A DNA stretch of 64,000 nucleotides from an uncultured bacterium (GTDB taxonomy: Bacteria > Verrucomicrobiota > Verrucomicrobiia > Verrucomicrobiales > DEV007): NCBI GenBank assembly GCA_963977015.1, contig CAXBMO010000012.1, positions 64,001 through 128,000 of the forward strand. Direction: 5' to 3'. Of this stretch, positions 63,349 to 64,000 are shown piece by piece (positions within the stretch are counted from its first letter, which is position 1; each line of letters starts with the position of its first letter). The notes beneath the pieces are model-generated. The model searched no databases, was not told the origin of the DNA, and saw only the letters and a list, made by a program, of their open reading frames with translations. Both the position numbers and the translations under genes were made by a program.

Positions 63349-63942
63349 ATGATTAACCAGCCTGCTTCACTTCCAACGAATGAACAATCAGGCACGGGTT
63401 CCCGCGATTGGCCTCACGCCCCACCACATCGATTGGGTGGAGCCGGCGTTTACTTTGTGACGGCTCGCGCCCGCGATCAGCGTCATATCCTCGCTGATGA
63501 CACGATGAAATCCTGGTTTCAGAAACTCCTGTTTGTCGTGGTTGATGAGTTTGGTTGGAAACTTGAGGTATGGGCCATTCTATCCAATCACTATCACTTC
63601 GTTGCGCATAGTCCCGAGAATGGAGAGGATGGTAAAACGCTGAGCCCGTGCCTGCGAAAGCTTCATAGCCTGACGACGAAGGAGTTGAACCGTCGAGAGA
63701 ACCAGTCAGGCCGAACTCGCCTTTGGCAGAACTACCGCGAAACTCACCTGACGTATCAACGAAGTTATCTGGCGCGGTTGAATTATGTCCACCAAAACGC
63801 GGTTCATCACGGTTTGGTGACGGACGGGATTGACTATCCGTGGTGCAGTGCCGCGAAGTTTATGGATTCAGTGACTCCCGCCTGGAGCAAAACCGTTGCG
63901 AGTTTTAGGTATGATGAAATTGCGAAGGAGGACGGCGAGTAA
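63349..63942 (+). mobile_element. REP-associated tyrosine transposase (RAYT, IS200/Y1 HUH family)
   Basis: YFVT, SNHYHF (HUH), LWQ, YVHQNAV and YPWCS motifs; flanked by inverted REPs. Confidence 0.9.
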
Positions 63943-63958
63943 GGCTTGCCCTGATGGG

Positions 63959-64000
63959 GCGGCAGCAGGGCTGCCTGCTTGAAGGCGGCAGCAGGCTGCA
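63959..64000. repeat. REP element (right of RAYT), truncated by window end
   Basis: Reverse complement reads AGCCTGCTGCCGCC...GCAGCCCTGCTGC, matching the left element. Confidence 0.75.

Overview
GC-rich bacterial DNA, very likely PVC superphylum and probably Verrucomicrobiota, judged from the ECF sigma/FecR/DUF1549-DUF1553/DUF1501 module, a LEPR-xLL protein and PVC-type REPs. (1) 1-1831: CPBP protease, trpC and tRNA-Gly(GCC). (2) ~1850-9000: decayed accessory region with a ParA/partner pseudogene pair, a TA module with a broken toxin, a duplicated 3' end of a BNR/sialidase-like gene, a NERD protein and a REPIN. (3) 9114-16793: SDR plus the PVC four-gene module. (4) 17207-58983: a ~42 kb locus built around an 8880-aa repetitive LEPR-xLL surface protein. 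Its secretion genes are T1SS-like but lack an ABC ATPase: TolC, three HlyD-type adaptors (one GAF-fused, one fused to a PqqD/RRE-like domain and an M50 protease), a C-terminally truncated SecA and two DUF3467 paralogs. Interleaved are RiPP-style tailoring genes: an O-methyltransferase, a radical SAM enzyme, two unknown proteins with PT-barrel-like patterning, and a flavin halogenase homolog with an altered active-site loop. No convincing small precursor peptide was seen. My leading hypothesis (inference) is that the giant protein is itself the leader-bearing, modified cargo. (5) 59078-64000: exported proteins, an esterase, a GH16 and a REP-flanked RAYT transposase. All family calls come from motif recognition by eye; no searches were run.
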